In this document: piece by piece, positions 1-11,482 of the stretch
Position numbering within the stretch: position 1 is the stretch's first letter
Layout: each line of letters opens with the position of its first letter
Origin: Isurus oxyrinchus
Taxonomy: Eukaryota
Length of the DNA stretch: 64,000 bases
Reading direction: 5' to 3'
NCBI GenBank assembly: GCA_026770705.1
Contig: JANJGN010000007.1
Location: forward strand, 103,106,001 to 103,170,000
Program-made: the position numbers and the translations under genes
Notes under the pieces: model-generated
Seen by the model: the letters and a program-made list of their open reading frames with translations, nothing else
The model's database searches: none
Told to the model about the DNA's origin: nothing

Positions 1-1309
1 CTTGTTGCTGCTCAATGATGTGGTGAGACAAGTTGGAATGTGCAGCTATCAAACCAGAGGTCATTAAAGAACCTGCTGTTGCATGACATTCGCAGAATCA
101 ATGCATTAACCATTTTGTTTTCACACCAAATCAGCCCGAAGTGGAAAGCCCAGGTGGTGGCCTGGGCAGCGTAGGGTGCTACGAGCGGTGGCCAGGGCAG
201 CGCGGGATTGCAGTCAGTGGCCAGGGTGACACAGGGAAGGTGAGGCAGCACAGTCAGTGGTCAGGCATTGTGGGGTCTGCGTTGACTCAGCTGATCTCAC
301 CCAGAGCTGTGATTTTCCTGCTGCAGGTGGTCAACGGTATGCATACCAGTTTAACCGTATCCAGCCAGAGTTGCAACAGTAAAGCAGCAAAACTGAGGAG
401 AAAAGTGCACCCAAACTGCTGCGCCATTCTAAATTGAGCTTCATTTAATTGATTCTCTCCACACTGACAAAGCTCTCACTGTTAAATGGTCCTACAGTTG
501 AACATAATTTTTCAGGAGTGAGCCTGGAAACTAAGTGGTTAGGCTATTTCGATCTAGAGGGCCTCACAACCCAACCAGATTCTGAGCTCAATGGATGCCC
601 AAATCTGGAGCTTTCATTGGTGGAGGTCATATATTGAAAGATAATTAAGGAGCTGCCAGATAACACTGCCAGGTATTTCCTCTCCCAAGCTGGGGGCACC
701 GAAGCCAATTGTTAAGCATCTTTTACCACGCATCTGGCTGAAGTCAACCACTTCATGATGGTCTGGGGTCAAATCGGGGATATCTCCATTTTGTCGTAAC
801 TGCTCACCAGATGAACTCACTGAGCAATCAGGGGAGCCCTTTGGGAATGGCCCTTATATCCATATTTCAGGCTTTACAGCAAGTTAGCTGTTAATTAGAG
901 CCAGATGTCAAACGTTTGTACCAAAGGCAAGCAACAAATCTCAGCTCAAATAGAGGCAGAGTGTAAGCTATGTAAACTTTTGACAAGCAGCCAGTACACA
1001 ATATTGGGGCAGATTATTCTGAGAGTGCAGCCCACTCCAAAAAAAACACACCCCAATAAAAACTCTCAGTTGAGTTGCAGTCAGTGCCTTCAGTCATGAA
1101 GCAAATCTATATTGCCCCATTACCCTTTTGTTAAAAAACTTTTGCTTCAATTCAGCTATTGGAAACATTCTTGGAATGAGAGCTAAATTTTTGGGTCAAA
1201 GCATCACCTCCTTTGTCCAGTCTAATGAAAACAGTGCAGCTGAGATTGTACTTAGAACATTTTAAAGAATAACTGAAAATAATTGCAAGAATCCCCATCT
1301 CCCCATAAA

Positions 1310-2303
1310 AGGCAAGCTTTGCAATTATATAGTGCCTTGCACAACCTCTAAACATCCTAAAGTTATTACAGACAAGTGTAGACACCGTTGTAACGTAGGA
1401 AATGCCCCAATTGTGCACAGCAAGATCCCACAAACTAATCTGATAATGTGTGTGAGTGATGCTGTTTCAGAAATAGGTATTGGTCAGGAAACCAGGAGAA
1501 CTCCCTTGCTCCTCTTCGAAATTGGAGTCTTTTGCTTCCACTTAAGAGGGCAAATGGGGCCTGAGTTTAATGTCTCATCTGAAAGAGTGCAGCCCAGTAA
1601 GTCTCCGTTTTCAGTTATCTCATTCAGCGTCACTGTGCTTTAGCTTCGTGAGTATAACCGGGCCTGCAAACACACTTAGCATTGGGATGTCTGCTTTAGC
1701 AATGTTTTGCGCTGGAGCTGATGTCGTGTGGTGTGACACGATCCACACCATCTTTGAATGGCCCCTTCTGCTCACTGTCACTTTCCCCAACTGTCCTGCT
1801 CACTGCCTCACTCCCCAGCCCTCCCACTCGCAGCTCCTCACGCTCCCACGCTTGCTTCCTTCCTCTTGCTGCCCCTCTCCAGAGGCCTAGCAAGCAGGAA
1901 AATCGAGGAGGGAAGCAGTGAGCGGAAGAGAGAGACGATGAGCAGGAGGTAAGTAGAAAGAGTTAGCATATTTTAAAATTTATTTTAAACGTTATTTATG
2001 AATATAAGAATTTAGGAATGCACAGTATTTCAGCTTACATGGTATAATGTTTTAACTTTTTTTCTGACATGCAATGTCCAAACAGCCTAACTTTTACATT
2101 GGTTGCAATGGGAAAATCTGATTTGCTTCAAGGTGTTTCATTTAAAGTTGCACTTTTTAGGAATCAGACTACATTATGCAAGGAATTACTGCACTGCACT
2201 GGAGCATCAGCCTGGATTACCTGCTTGTACCTCCAGGGTAAGACTTGAACCCATAACCTTCTGAATCAGAGGCAAGAGCATTACCACTGAGCCACAGCTA
2301 GCA
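1310..2303 (-). mobile_element. Deu-domain SINE (SacSINE1/AmnSINE1-like), split by an insertion
   Basis: tRNA-like head at about 2190-2303 (ttgaacccataaccttctgaatcagaggc…accactgagcc on +). Deu core cagcaagatcccacaaac and an L2-type tail at 1310-1595. Confidence 0.7.
1595..2191. mobile_element. putative Tigger/pogo-like non-autonomous DNA transposon
   Basis: Begins CAGTAAGTC and ends GAATTACTG (imperfect CAGTAA terminal inverted repeats); interrupts the SINE at the position of a consensus TA. Confidence 0.45.
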
Positions 2304-2503
2304 CCTTATTTGGAATTGAACTTGAGGTCTTCATACACATCATGACATCATCTTTAACTAAAGCTGTTGAAAGAGCTGGAAGAAATTTCAAAGTTAAGTA
2401 TGCTGTTAGCATCAACTAGAACTGACTGCCTTCCAAGTTCAAATGGAGATTAGCACTCTGGGCAGCAAAATATTTTTGTGGAAAACATATAAAATCTTTA
2501 AAA

Positions 2504-2860
2504 ATTCATTCTTGGGATATGGATATTGTTTATTGCCCAATCCCAGTTACCCTGCAAAGATAGTGGTTAGCCTTTTCTTTAAACAGCTGGTTGTGGCGTG
2601 ATACACGCCAGAGGCTTCCTAGGTATCTTCAGAAGGCAGCTAACAGCCAACCATAATTACTGTACTGGTTCTGGGACTGGGAGTTGAATCCATAAGCCAA
2701 ATCTGCAGGAGGACGGCAGGTTTCCTTCCCTAAACTTGGGTTTTTACAACAATCTGACAGGTTCCTGGTCATTTTGTCGATTCTGACTTTTTATTTTTGA
2801 ATTTAAAAAAGCTGAATGCATGTTCTCTGAATTACCAGTCCAGTAACATAACCACACACT
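2504..2860 (-). mobile_element. tRNA-derived SINE sharing the 3' tail of LINE family B
   Basis: ttcattcttgggat…tttattgccc tail plus ggcaggtttccttccctaa/gggtttttacaacaatc core; similar to 26558-26890, 44215-44470 and 59870-60235. Confidence 0.6.
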
Positions 2861-2944
2861 AACTTGACTTGAGTTGGAGCCCCTTTGAAGTGCTGCACTG
2901 GACAGACTGGGGCACTGGCACCAGTACTGGGGAAAGTGGGAGCT

Positions 2945-3265
2945 GTACCTTTAGAACGGTCTCCATCTGGTATATGCTGGGACCAGTTTTCTGGCAAGTT
3001 GTATAACTAGGGCGGTAGAACTTATTTAAGCTAAGTGGTGGGGGCGAGGGATCAAGAGGGGGAAGTTGTGTTAAAGGGAGAGGGAAAGATCAGAAAGCAA
3101 GGTAGCTATAAAGGGTAATGATAATCAGCATGTAGCATTCATAACAGAAGGGATGAATTTTCAGATAATCTGATAGCTATTATAGAGACATGGCTGCAAG
3201 GTGGCTAAGACTGGGACCTGAATATTCAAGGGTACTTGACATTTCTGGAAGAAGGGGAGGCTAGG
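2945..3265 (+). mobile_element. CR1 LINE fragment (ORF1 end / APE endonuclease start)
   Basis: gatctgatagctattatagagacatggctgcaagg…gggacctgaatattcaagggtac (DLIAIIETWLQ…LNIQGY). Confidence 0.7.
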
Positions 3266-3267
3266 AT

Positions 3268-5985
3268 AGGACCTGCATGGGCCTGAGTTACGCCTGTCTT
3301 TTCCTGGGGTACGTGGAACATTCCTTGTTCCAATCTTACTCAGGCCCCCTCCCACCACTCTTTTTCAATACATCATTAGCTTTATTGGTGCTGCTTCATA
3401 CCCTCATCTTGACTTAGTAAAATGTATCAGTTTTGCTTCCAATTACCACCCCTCTCTCACTTTCACATGGTCCATTTCTAACACTTCCCTTCTCCCTTCT
3501 TTGACTTCTGCCTCCATTTCTGGGGATAGACTGTCTATCAATATTCATTACAAGCTCACCAACTTTCACAGCTACCTCAGCTACATCTCCTCACAACCTA
3601 CTTCCTGTAAGGACTACATTCCATTCTCCCAGTTTCTCCGCCTCCGTCACATCTGTTCTGATGATACTACCTTACAAAATGATGTATCTGACATGTCGTC
3701 CGTTTTCCTGAGCCAAGGCCCTTCCCCTCACACCACCAAACCCCCCCCAACCACTGTGGTTGACAGGGCCCTCAACTGTTTCCGACCCATCTCCTATTTT
3801 TATTCTTTCAGGGGATGAGAGCATCGCTGGCTAGGCCAACATTTAGTGCCCACCCTCAACTGCCCTTGAGCAGGTGGTGGTGAGCTGCCTTCTTGAACCG
3901 CTGCAGTCCATGTGGTGTAGGTACACCCACAGTGCTGTTAGGAAGGGAGTTCCAGGATTTTGACCCAGTGACAGTGAAGGAATGGTGGTATATTTTCAAG
4001 TCAGGATGGTGATTGCTTTGGAGGGGAACTTACAGGTGGTGGAGTTCCCATCTGCCTGCTGTCCTTGTCCTAGATGGTAATGGTTATGGGCTTAGAAGGT
4101 GCTGTCCAAGGAGGCTTGGTTAGTTTCTCTGGTGAATCTTGTAGATGGTACACACTGCTGCCACTGTGTGTCGGTGGTGGATGGAGTGAATGTTTGTGGA
4201 TGTGGTGCCAATCAAGCGGGCTGCTTTGGCCTAGACGGTGTCAAGCTTCTTGAGTGTTGCGGGTGTTGCACTCATCCAGGCAAGAGAGTAGTCCATCATA
4301 CACCTGACTTGTGCCTTGTAAATGATGGACAGGCTTTGGGGATTCAGGAGGTGAGTTACTAACTACAGGATTCCCAGCCTCTGACCTGCTCTTGTAGCCA
4401 CAGTATTTATATGGCTAGTCCAGTTTAGTTTCTGGCCAATGGTAAACCCCCGGATGTTGACAGTGGGGAATTCAGCGATCGTAATGCCATTGAATTTCAT
4501 GGGGCGATAGTTAGATTCCCTCAAGTTGGAGATGGTCATTGTCTGGCACTTGTGTGGTGCAAATGTTACTTGCCACTTGTCAGCCCAAGCCTGGATATTG
4601 TCCAGGTCCTGCTGTATTTGGACATGGACTGCTTCAGTGTCTGAGTAGTTGCGAATGGCGCTGAACATTGTGCAATCATCAACGAGCATCCCACTTCTGA
4701 CCTTACGATGGAAGGAAGGCCATTGACGAAGCAATTGAAGATCATTAGGCCTAGGACACTACCCTGAATAACTCCTGCAGTGGTGTCCTGGAACTGAGAT
4801 GACTGATCTTCAACAATCACAACCATCTTCCTTTGCGCTAGGTATGACCCCAACTAGCAGAGAGCTTTCCCAGGTTTCCAATGACCCCAATTTTGCTCCG
4901 GCTCCTTGATGTCACACTCGGTCAAATGCTGCCTTGGCGTCAAAGGCAGTCACTCTCACCTCACCTCTCGAGTTCAGCCCTTTTGTCTATGTTTGAACCA
5001 AGGCTGTAATGAAGTCAGAGGGTGAGTAGCCCTGGCGGAACCCAAGCTGAACGTCAGTGAGAGGTTATTTCTAAACAAGTGCCGCTTGATAGCACTACTG
5101 TTGATGATGCCTTCCACCACTTTTCTGATGATCGAGAGTAGACTGATAGGGCAATAATTGAATGGTTTGGATTTGTCCTGCTTTTAGTGTAGAGGACATA
5201 CCTGGGCAATTTTCCACATTGCTGGGTAGATGCCAGTGTTGTAGCTTCTGCCCTCAGCCTTTCCCCTCCCTCCCTGAGCCATGATAGGTTACCTTCATTT
5301 TTCACCCCACCAGCCTCCATATTCAAAGGATCATCCTCTGCCATTTCCGCCAACTCCAGCATGATGCCATCACAAACACAACTTCCCCTCATCTCGTTGT
5401 TCCCTCTGACACCCTAGTCTACTCCTCCATCACCCTCAACTCCTCATCATCTTCCCATGGCACCTTCTCATGCAATTGCAGAAGATGTAACACCTGCCCC
5501 TTTACCTCCTTCCTTCTCACTGTCCAAGGCCCCAAACACTCCTTTCAGGTGAAGCAGTGATTCACTCGCACTTTCAGTTTATTCTACAGCATTCGCTGCT
5601 CCCAATGCGGTCTCCTGTACACTGGCAAGACTAAACACAGACTGGGTGATCACTTTGCCCCACACTTTCACTCAGTCTGCAAGCATGACGCTTGCCATTT
5701 CAATTCACCGTCTTGCTCTCATGCCCACATTTCTGTCCTTGGCCTGTTGCAATGTTCCAGTGAAGCCCAACACAAACTGGAGGAACAGCACCTCATCTCC
5801 CATCAGTATTAGCACTTGCCTTAGTCTTCAACATTTACACTCCCTCTGTCTTGTGTCCATGACATCTTTGTCCAACCTCTCCTTAGCTCACACCTCTCCC
5901 TAACCTATTTTGCTCCACCTGCTCTACCCCCTCTCTTCAACAGTGTAAAACCCATCATATTTCTACCTCTCTACAGCTCTGATGT
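3268..5985 (+). mobile_element. Penelope-like element, degenerate RT + GIY-YIG endonuclease, split by a LINE at 3797-5245
   Basis: 3268-3795 encodes PLE-type RT (…SISGDRLSINIHYK…SCKDYIPFSQFLRLRHICSD). 5246-5800 encodes GIY-YIG (…QGPKHSFQVKQ…YSIRCSQCGLLYTGKTKHRLGDHF). Ends inside the hammerhead core ctgatg. Confidence 0.88.
3797..5245 (-). mobile_element. LINE family B (jockey/CR1-group, possibly Crack/Daphne-like), 3' part of ORF2
   Basis: ORFs 4363..4734 and 4566..4853: AGVIQGSVLG, VDDCTMF, WADKWQVTFAPHKC; characteristic 3' tail at 3797-3900. Confidence 0.85.
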
Positions 5986-6832
5986 CAATCACTTGGTGGA
6001 TATCTTGCCCTGTGCCTATTCACCTCGTGCGAGTGAGTTTCAGCAGGCTATTCAACCAAGGGGGAAATACAACAGCTGAGCCTGACTTTATGCAGATCTG
6101 GCCTCTCACATCAGTTTTCCAGCAGGGTAGTAAAGTGGGGTTGTGGTTAGATGCCAACCAGGAACAAGAACCTGGTTGATTTTCTCTCCTCCCCAGCCCA
6201 AGGTAAATTAGGAAGTCCTACAGGCTCCCGTTGGCTCTCATCAGTTGACTCAACACAGGCAAAGCTGACATAACCTACAAATAGAAACTGCACAGCTCTA
6301 ACATATAGGCAGTGAAAAAGAAAATAGACCAAGTGCTTTGTCCAAAGCTAATAAATGTCTGAACGAAGTTGCGGTATTTTCACTTTAGGCTTTTACCTAT
6401 AAATGGAAGAGATAAAATACACAGAGAGCAGCTGCTGGTGCTAATGTTTTTCTATTTGGCCTTGCAGAGGAATCTGTGACACATTCTTTTGCCAATTCTG
6501 GTCTTGTCTGGCCTTGAGGCGAGAGCTGAAAGATGTAAAGTCTGCACAATTTCAGGACCAGAGCCCAGGAGTGAGACAATGAACTGTTAGAAGTGACAGT
6601 TATTCAAAGTGCCTCAAAAAGCCCAAGTATTTTTTTTAAAAGTGCAATACTTGGATGAGAGGTGTCTTAGTGACATACCAAGTATCCTGGAAAATGTTAC
6701 ATCTCAACCTCCATACAGTTTAAAAGCTGCCTTCAAATGGAATCTTGTCCATGCAAATCTGAAAGTAAACTGAAAAGTATTTCAAACAAGTGAGAGGCAA
6801 CATCATCACACCGTTGTCAGACACAACCCCTC

Positions 6833-6970
6833 ATATCTGATGAAGAGTCATATGGACTTGAACGTTAACTCTGTCTTCCTCTCCACAGATGTTGTCAGAC
6901 TTGCTGAGTTTTTCCAGCAATTTTTGTTTTTGTTTCAGAGTTCCAGCATCCGCAGTATTTTGCTTTTACT
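6833..6970 (+). mobile_element. PLE terminal repeat fragment with hammerhead motif (older subfamily)
   Basis: ctgatga agagtc atatg gactt gaa cgttaact followed by the tail …gagtttttccagca…ccagcatccgcagtattttgctttta. Confidence 0.8.
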
Positions 6971-7763
6971 CTCATATCACTTGCTCTGGGATGATCCTGC
7001 ACTCAACGAACCTCTCTTTTGACAGGTAAATTGTTGAAATCACAAATTGAGTAATACTTCTTCCAGTTACTATGTGCTGTGACATTGCTAACGTACTTGT
7101 GAAGATCCCTGTGTTTATTATTAAAGACCAAAATTCTGTCACAACCAGAAGCATACCTATCCCACAGCTGCTTACCTATCTCTCAATGTACACTCACTCC
7201 TGGTAGTGGTCATAATACCTTACAGTACACCCCTGATAGCATGTTGGAGTTTCTACTGTATTATGGAGAGTGCTTTTGTTATATAGGCAGTAGAACACTG
7301 GGAAAGGGACAGTTAAGTGTAGACCAACAGCTGCCAAGTGAGTCACTGCCCTTTGGTACCTTTGGAAGGCTTGAAAGTGGCCATCATTGAAGGTGGTGAG
7401 ATCTGGTGAGTTGGCAATGGGAGCATTTCTGTTCCCATCAATGACTGCTCAGCATGAATGTGACAGCATGAAATCCTGCACCCAGCACGTGAGGCACTCC
7501 CACCTCTTACAGGGAAACACACAAACAGATCATCAAAGCTGCAATCCAGGTCACTTATAACAAGGCCACTTGCATTTATAAATACCTCATGTCAAGATTT
7601 ACAAGGGTACCCAAACTATGAGGTTATAACACTAGTGAAGACCAAACAGGCCGAGGCTTTTTTCTCTAGAAAAGATAAGGTTGAGGGGTGATCAATAGAG
7701 GTCAAAAAGCAATGGATGACATAAGAAAGAGATCTCCAGTTGTTGGGGTATCCAACACGAGGG

Positions 7764-8619
7764 TGTCATAATACAACATTAATGTTTAAAATGTTACTGG
7801 AAATGATTTGTTTTAAATGGAGGTTTAGTCTGTGTGTGTGTTAACTGGATTAAAGCCAGGTAGTCCAGGTGCTTTGATGTGTAGTAGTTTAGAGATGTAA
7901 ACAGTAAGGTAAAGGGTGCATTTGTATTTTGTTGAATAGGGTATTCAAGAGTGGGTGTGAAATCTTGCACCTAGCTAGGAGACACCAAACAACGTTTATA
8001 TTACTAACACAATTGGTACTATGAAAGGGGTTCAAAGGGCCTGGTGATACAATGAAAATTTGCATTCAAAGGGAAAGGCTAGGCATAACAGATAGGAGTT
8101 TATCCAAGTTCTGTTGAAGGGTTATGAGGACTCGAAACGTCAACTCTTTTCTTCTCCGCTGATGCTGCCAGACCTGTTGAGTTTTTCCAGGTAATTCTGT
8201 TTTAGTTTTGGAGTTTATCTGTGCAGGTCAGAGGTATGTAAGATCTAAGCCTGTAAGCTTACCACTGTGTCTGCAAAGGAACAAATTGAAAGGAACCTCA
8301 TTTTGAATTTGTAAGGTGAAAAATGCTTTGCCTGGTCTCTGTTTAAATCTATTGATTATTGTTGCCATAGTAGAGATTAATTTGGGAATTTGTTAAAAGT
8401 AGCAATTTGTAGCCATGTGTATGTGTTTAATTTGTTGTAACTAACTAAATATTTCATTTAGTTTGATATAAAAACCTCTCAAGAACTGGTGGTCTTATTC
8501 CTGAATTTAGAGCTGCAACGCAAATCATACCAATTGAAAATAAAGGTTATGACAGTTGTTTAAAGTTTGCCTCTGGGATTTTAAATAACTCAGCCTTTAC
8601 AAACTGCTGTGTCATAACA
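7764..8619 (+). mobile_element. solo LTR-like element (copy 1)
   Basis: TGTCATA…CATAACA ends; colinear similarity with 44662-45410 and 21550-22206. Contains a PLE insertion at 8105-8209. Confidence 0.65.
8105..8209 (+). mobile_element. 105-bp PLE mini-insertion (hammerhead + tail), young subfamily
   Basis: Flanked by 10-bp TSD GGAGTTTATC (8095-8104, 8210-8219); hammerhead motif at 8107-8145. Confidence 0.85.
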
Positions 8620-8818
8620 CTCCTGTCTTCCACCCTATCACACATCTCCCTCTTGTCCTTGTCCCATCCCCCCTTTGCTCAAAACCTATTCTAATTCTAA
8701 CTTTTTGGTGATGAAAGGTCCTTGACCCGAAACATTGACTATTTTTTTCCCTTTCTCCACAGATGATGGCAGACCTGCTGGGTATCTCCAGCATTTTCTA
8801 TTATTGGTTTTTGTTTGG
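8620..8818 (+). mobile_element. PLE 3' terminal fragment (older)
   Basis: gtgatgaaaggtccttgacccgaaacattgact…ctccacagatgatggcagacctgctgggtatctccagcattttc. Confidence 0.7.
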
Positions 8819-8837
8819 TAGTTAGGTTTGGGAAGGA

Positions 8838-9062
8838 AGATTAAGCAGGGCACCGAGACAACTCCCTGCTCTCCGAATGATGCCATGGAATCTTTATAAT
8901 CTTCATCTCAAATAGTGGAACAGGCGAGAGGGCCTCAGTTTAGTACATCATCTAAAGGGCTGTGCATCTAATTGTTAAGCTATGACCTCAAGCCTGCACG
9001 AGGCTCGACCCCCATAACTTTTTAACCATCAAGGGACAAATGCTGCTGACTGCTCCAAGCTG
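8838..9062 (-). mobile_element. Deu-domain SINE fragment
   Basis: aactccctgctctccgaatgatgccatggaatcttt…ggcctcagtttagtacatcatctaaagg; similar to the 1310-1595 copy. Confidence 0.6.
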
Positions 9063-9102
9063 TTGAAAAGAAAACTGAGCTGCCCAACTCACTAGTTAGA
9101 AC

Positions 9103-9112
9103 AAAAGGATAC
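9103..9112 (-). promoter_or_regulatory. U12-type (minor spliceosome) 5' splice site GTATCCTTTT
   Basis: Directly follows the 119-nt exon; exact match to the RTATCCTTT U11-binding consensus. Confidence 0.9.
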
Positions 9113-9231
9113 AACTTCTGAATGAGATCATAGGCATGTTTGTAGTTCTGTGTGAGGAAGCAGAGAGAGACCGTGGCGACAGGATTGTGGCACCAGGAAC
9201 GATACAAGCAACAGAACAGATTGCAGCTTTC
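9113..9231 (-). CDS. VAC14: VAC14 internal coding exon (119 nt; equivalent of human exon 16)
   Basis: Minus strand: gtcgcctacag|GAA AGC TGC...CAG AAG TT|gtatcctttt. Translates [39 protein letters not shown](F), the conserved VAC14 LYRSWCHNP motif. Lies inside ORF 9022..9366. Confidence 0.97.
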
Positions 9232-11234
9232 CTGTAGGCGACAAAATGTAAGGAAACAATATTTAAAAGCAGCCAACTTATGATACATAAACCCCTCAAG
9301 CGATGGCTTCAAACTGTGGTGCTCAGCACACTCATTTAGAACTTTTCTAAAGCCCTCTGAACACATGGCAAAAGAAGCCTACTCATTAAATCGGACATCA
9401 CAGCACCATCTGTTGTAAAGGTGGATTGCTGATTGGAGATGGTCTTCTTACTCTTTAGTAAAAACTTAACTCTTCTATACAAATCAAATTGACCAGCATT
9501 TTATAGCGGGGAAATAAATTGATCTCCATTGACACCAATGTTCATTCTAACTTCTGTTTGTTGTGTGCGGCTGGCTTGCTGCACTGTGCGGTCTCCAAGA
9601 TTGATGTGGGGCTGACCTTCAGCACAGCTGAGAGAGGACAACAACACTGTTCATTTAAGAAATGTCTGGTCTGGTTTTCAAATGATTGTCTTCTGTATCA
9701 CTGTACTTTGCCCATGGTACTGAGACTCTTGGAATCATAATGAGACCATCAAACTGGATGATTTATAGTTAGAACTCCGAGATGAGGGTGTGAAAGGAAT
9801 TTTCCTGCACCTGCAGGGATTACATACCAAATGGCACAAAATCCAGAATTTTCCAAGCTGCTCTCTCCATGTGCAGTAGCCACTTAACATGTGAGGCATA
9901 TTAGGGCCTTTACCAATGAACCTGCAGATTATCTTAAGGAGAGCACCCACTTGGAGAAGGCTTAGTTAGGAGGAAGCACTAGAGAAAGTGGGGGTCTTTT
10001 CATTAGGATATTGAAAGCCAAGAGGAGGTCTGATAGAGGTGTTGAAAATTCGGAGGGGTTTTTGATCCGACAAACGGAGAAAAGCTCTTTCCATTGTTCA
10101 GTGAATTGATAACTAAAGCACATAAATTTACCATCATCACCAAAAGAACGAAGAGGCAGATAAGGAGAATAATTCATTTATAGTTGTAATCCAGAGAGTT
10201 GTAAGAACATGGAGCCATGATAGCAAACTTTGTTTTAAAAGGCAAGTGGATAAATATTTGAGAAAAAAATTAAGAATATATGAGGGAAGGGATTAAGTGG
10301 ATAATTCACTCAGAAAGCTGTTACAAGTACGATGGGCCCAATTTAAGATGCCCTATATACATAAATCCACATAAGCCATTGTACTTCAAAGTAAGCTATT
10401 ATTTCATCATGTTAACATTTTGTACTGTTTCTAAGAAACTCTGTTAGGCTAACATAAATGCGTAGCTTTTTCAAATGCACATAGGCCTGATATAAAGAAC
10501 AGGCTTAGTTCTAACCCATTACGATATGGTTCAGAGTTAATGGGCAGGGTCGTAGCACGGGCTGTGCAGTAAAACAGAGATAAATTTTCACATTTCCTGC
10601 ATATGGAAAACGGTCAGCAGGGGGATGGGCTGCCCATTTCAAAATGCGCTGGATATCCTGTTTTCATCAACAATAATCAGGCAGGATGTAAAATGGATAG
10701 CAGATCTGCTACAGTGAAAAGTGAAAATTTGCCCAAAATTAAAGTTGCTTTTTGTGCCTGTCAGCTCCAACATGCAGAAGGCTAGATGGAGAGAGCAAGA
10801 GAGAAATCAAGTCTCTAGCCGATGAGGGCAAGGGTCAGAGCCTCAGCAGCTGTTGGAAGAGGCAGTATCCTTCAGGGTTCTTGGGAACCAAGCTGATGTG
10901 AGAAAGGAAAATCACCTTGGGCTTAGGCATCTAGCTATACCATAGGACATAGCCTGAGATGGCAGTCAGGGAAATTAACGTGTTTAGAGGAAAAGCACAT
11001 AGGAGCCAACAACAGCCATTGGTCTCCGAGCTTAATTAGCTGACTCACCCACACTACGAACCGAAGCTTGAGCTGGGCACTCTGTATGGACCAGCATGCC
11101 TAGAGGTGCCTTTACCAAGTGGATGACTAATGGAGCAAGGATGCAGTACTTTTGATCTGAATGCACCACACTGCCCAAATCTCATCTACCCACCCACCAG
11201 GCTGGATTCATGGACACTGAGACACATCCCTCAC
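9232..11234 (-). other. VAC14: VAC14 GT-AG intron (2003 nt), U2-type donor
   Basis: Donor GTGAGG at 11234-11229 and acceptor CCTACAG ending at 9232; phase-0 join keeps the reading frame (…LRTT|ESCN…). Confidence 0.93.
9975..10340 (+). mobile_element. CR1 3' fragment
   Basis: gagaggaggtctgatagaggtgttgaaaatt…gagaaaagctctttcca…gatgggcc; degenerate CR1 ORF2 C-terminus and 3' UTR. Confidence 0.6.
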
Positions 11235-11409
11235 CGTTGTACGCAGATCCTTCAGCTGGTTCCGTAGCTGGAAGAGTTCTGTTGACGTTAAGAGAATGGA
11301 GTTGAGAGTTTGGACCATGGTGGAAGCAAACTTGAGGTCTTCTTCCCGAAGGAGGATTTCAGCCATGGAATGAAAGATGTTCTCGGCATTTAACAGGAGG
11401 CACAGCTGC
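11235..11409 (-). CDS. VAC14: VAC14 internal coding exon (175 nt; equivalent of human exon 15)
   Basis: Minus strand: cctattcccag|G CAG CTG TGC...CGT ACA ACG|gtgagg. Translates (R)[58 protein letters not shown], matching the vertebrate VAC14 C-terminal region as I recall it. Canonical AG/GT; splices in frame to the next exon. Confidence 0.96.
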
Positions 11410-11433
11410 CTGGGAATAGGAAATGAGGAAGAC

Positions 11434-11444
11434 GTTAAAGGAAA
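11434..11444 (-). promoter_or_regulatory. candidate U12-type branch point TTTCCTTTAAC
   Basis: About 25 nt upstream of the acceptor of the 175-nt exon; close to the TTCCTTRAY consensus. The matching donor is outside the window. Confidence 0.45.
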
Positions 11445-11482
11445 GTTATAGTACAGCTTGGGTTAAAACAGTGTGACTCATA

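Noticed and set aside
135-239. Plus-strand pseudo-exon (tcag|…AAG|gtgagg, 105 nt, open frame PEVESPGGG…GDTGK)
   Set aside because: No recognisable protein similarity and no partner exons; it is antisense to VAC14, and such signals are common by chance.
2190-2303. tRNA-like sequence
   Set aside because: Degenerate SINE head; no complete cloverleaf.
6972-7154. Minus ORF containing GIFT followed by a gtacgt donor-like site, considered as the next VAC14 exon (expected to end near CPIFT)
   Set aside because: Does not match the conserved DLEVTVDFL.EVDKLVQLIE sequence, and no U12 branch site precedes it.
9248-9256. TTTCCTTAC upstream of the 119-nt exon, resembling a U12 branch point
   Set aside because: The donor of this intron is GTGAGG (U2-type), and CTTAC also fits an ordinary U2 branch site.
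9022-9366. 114-aa ORF as a stand-alone gene
   Set aside because: It is the VAC14 exon plus in-frame intronic read-through on both sides.
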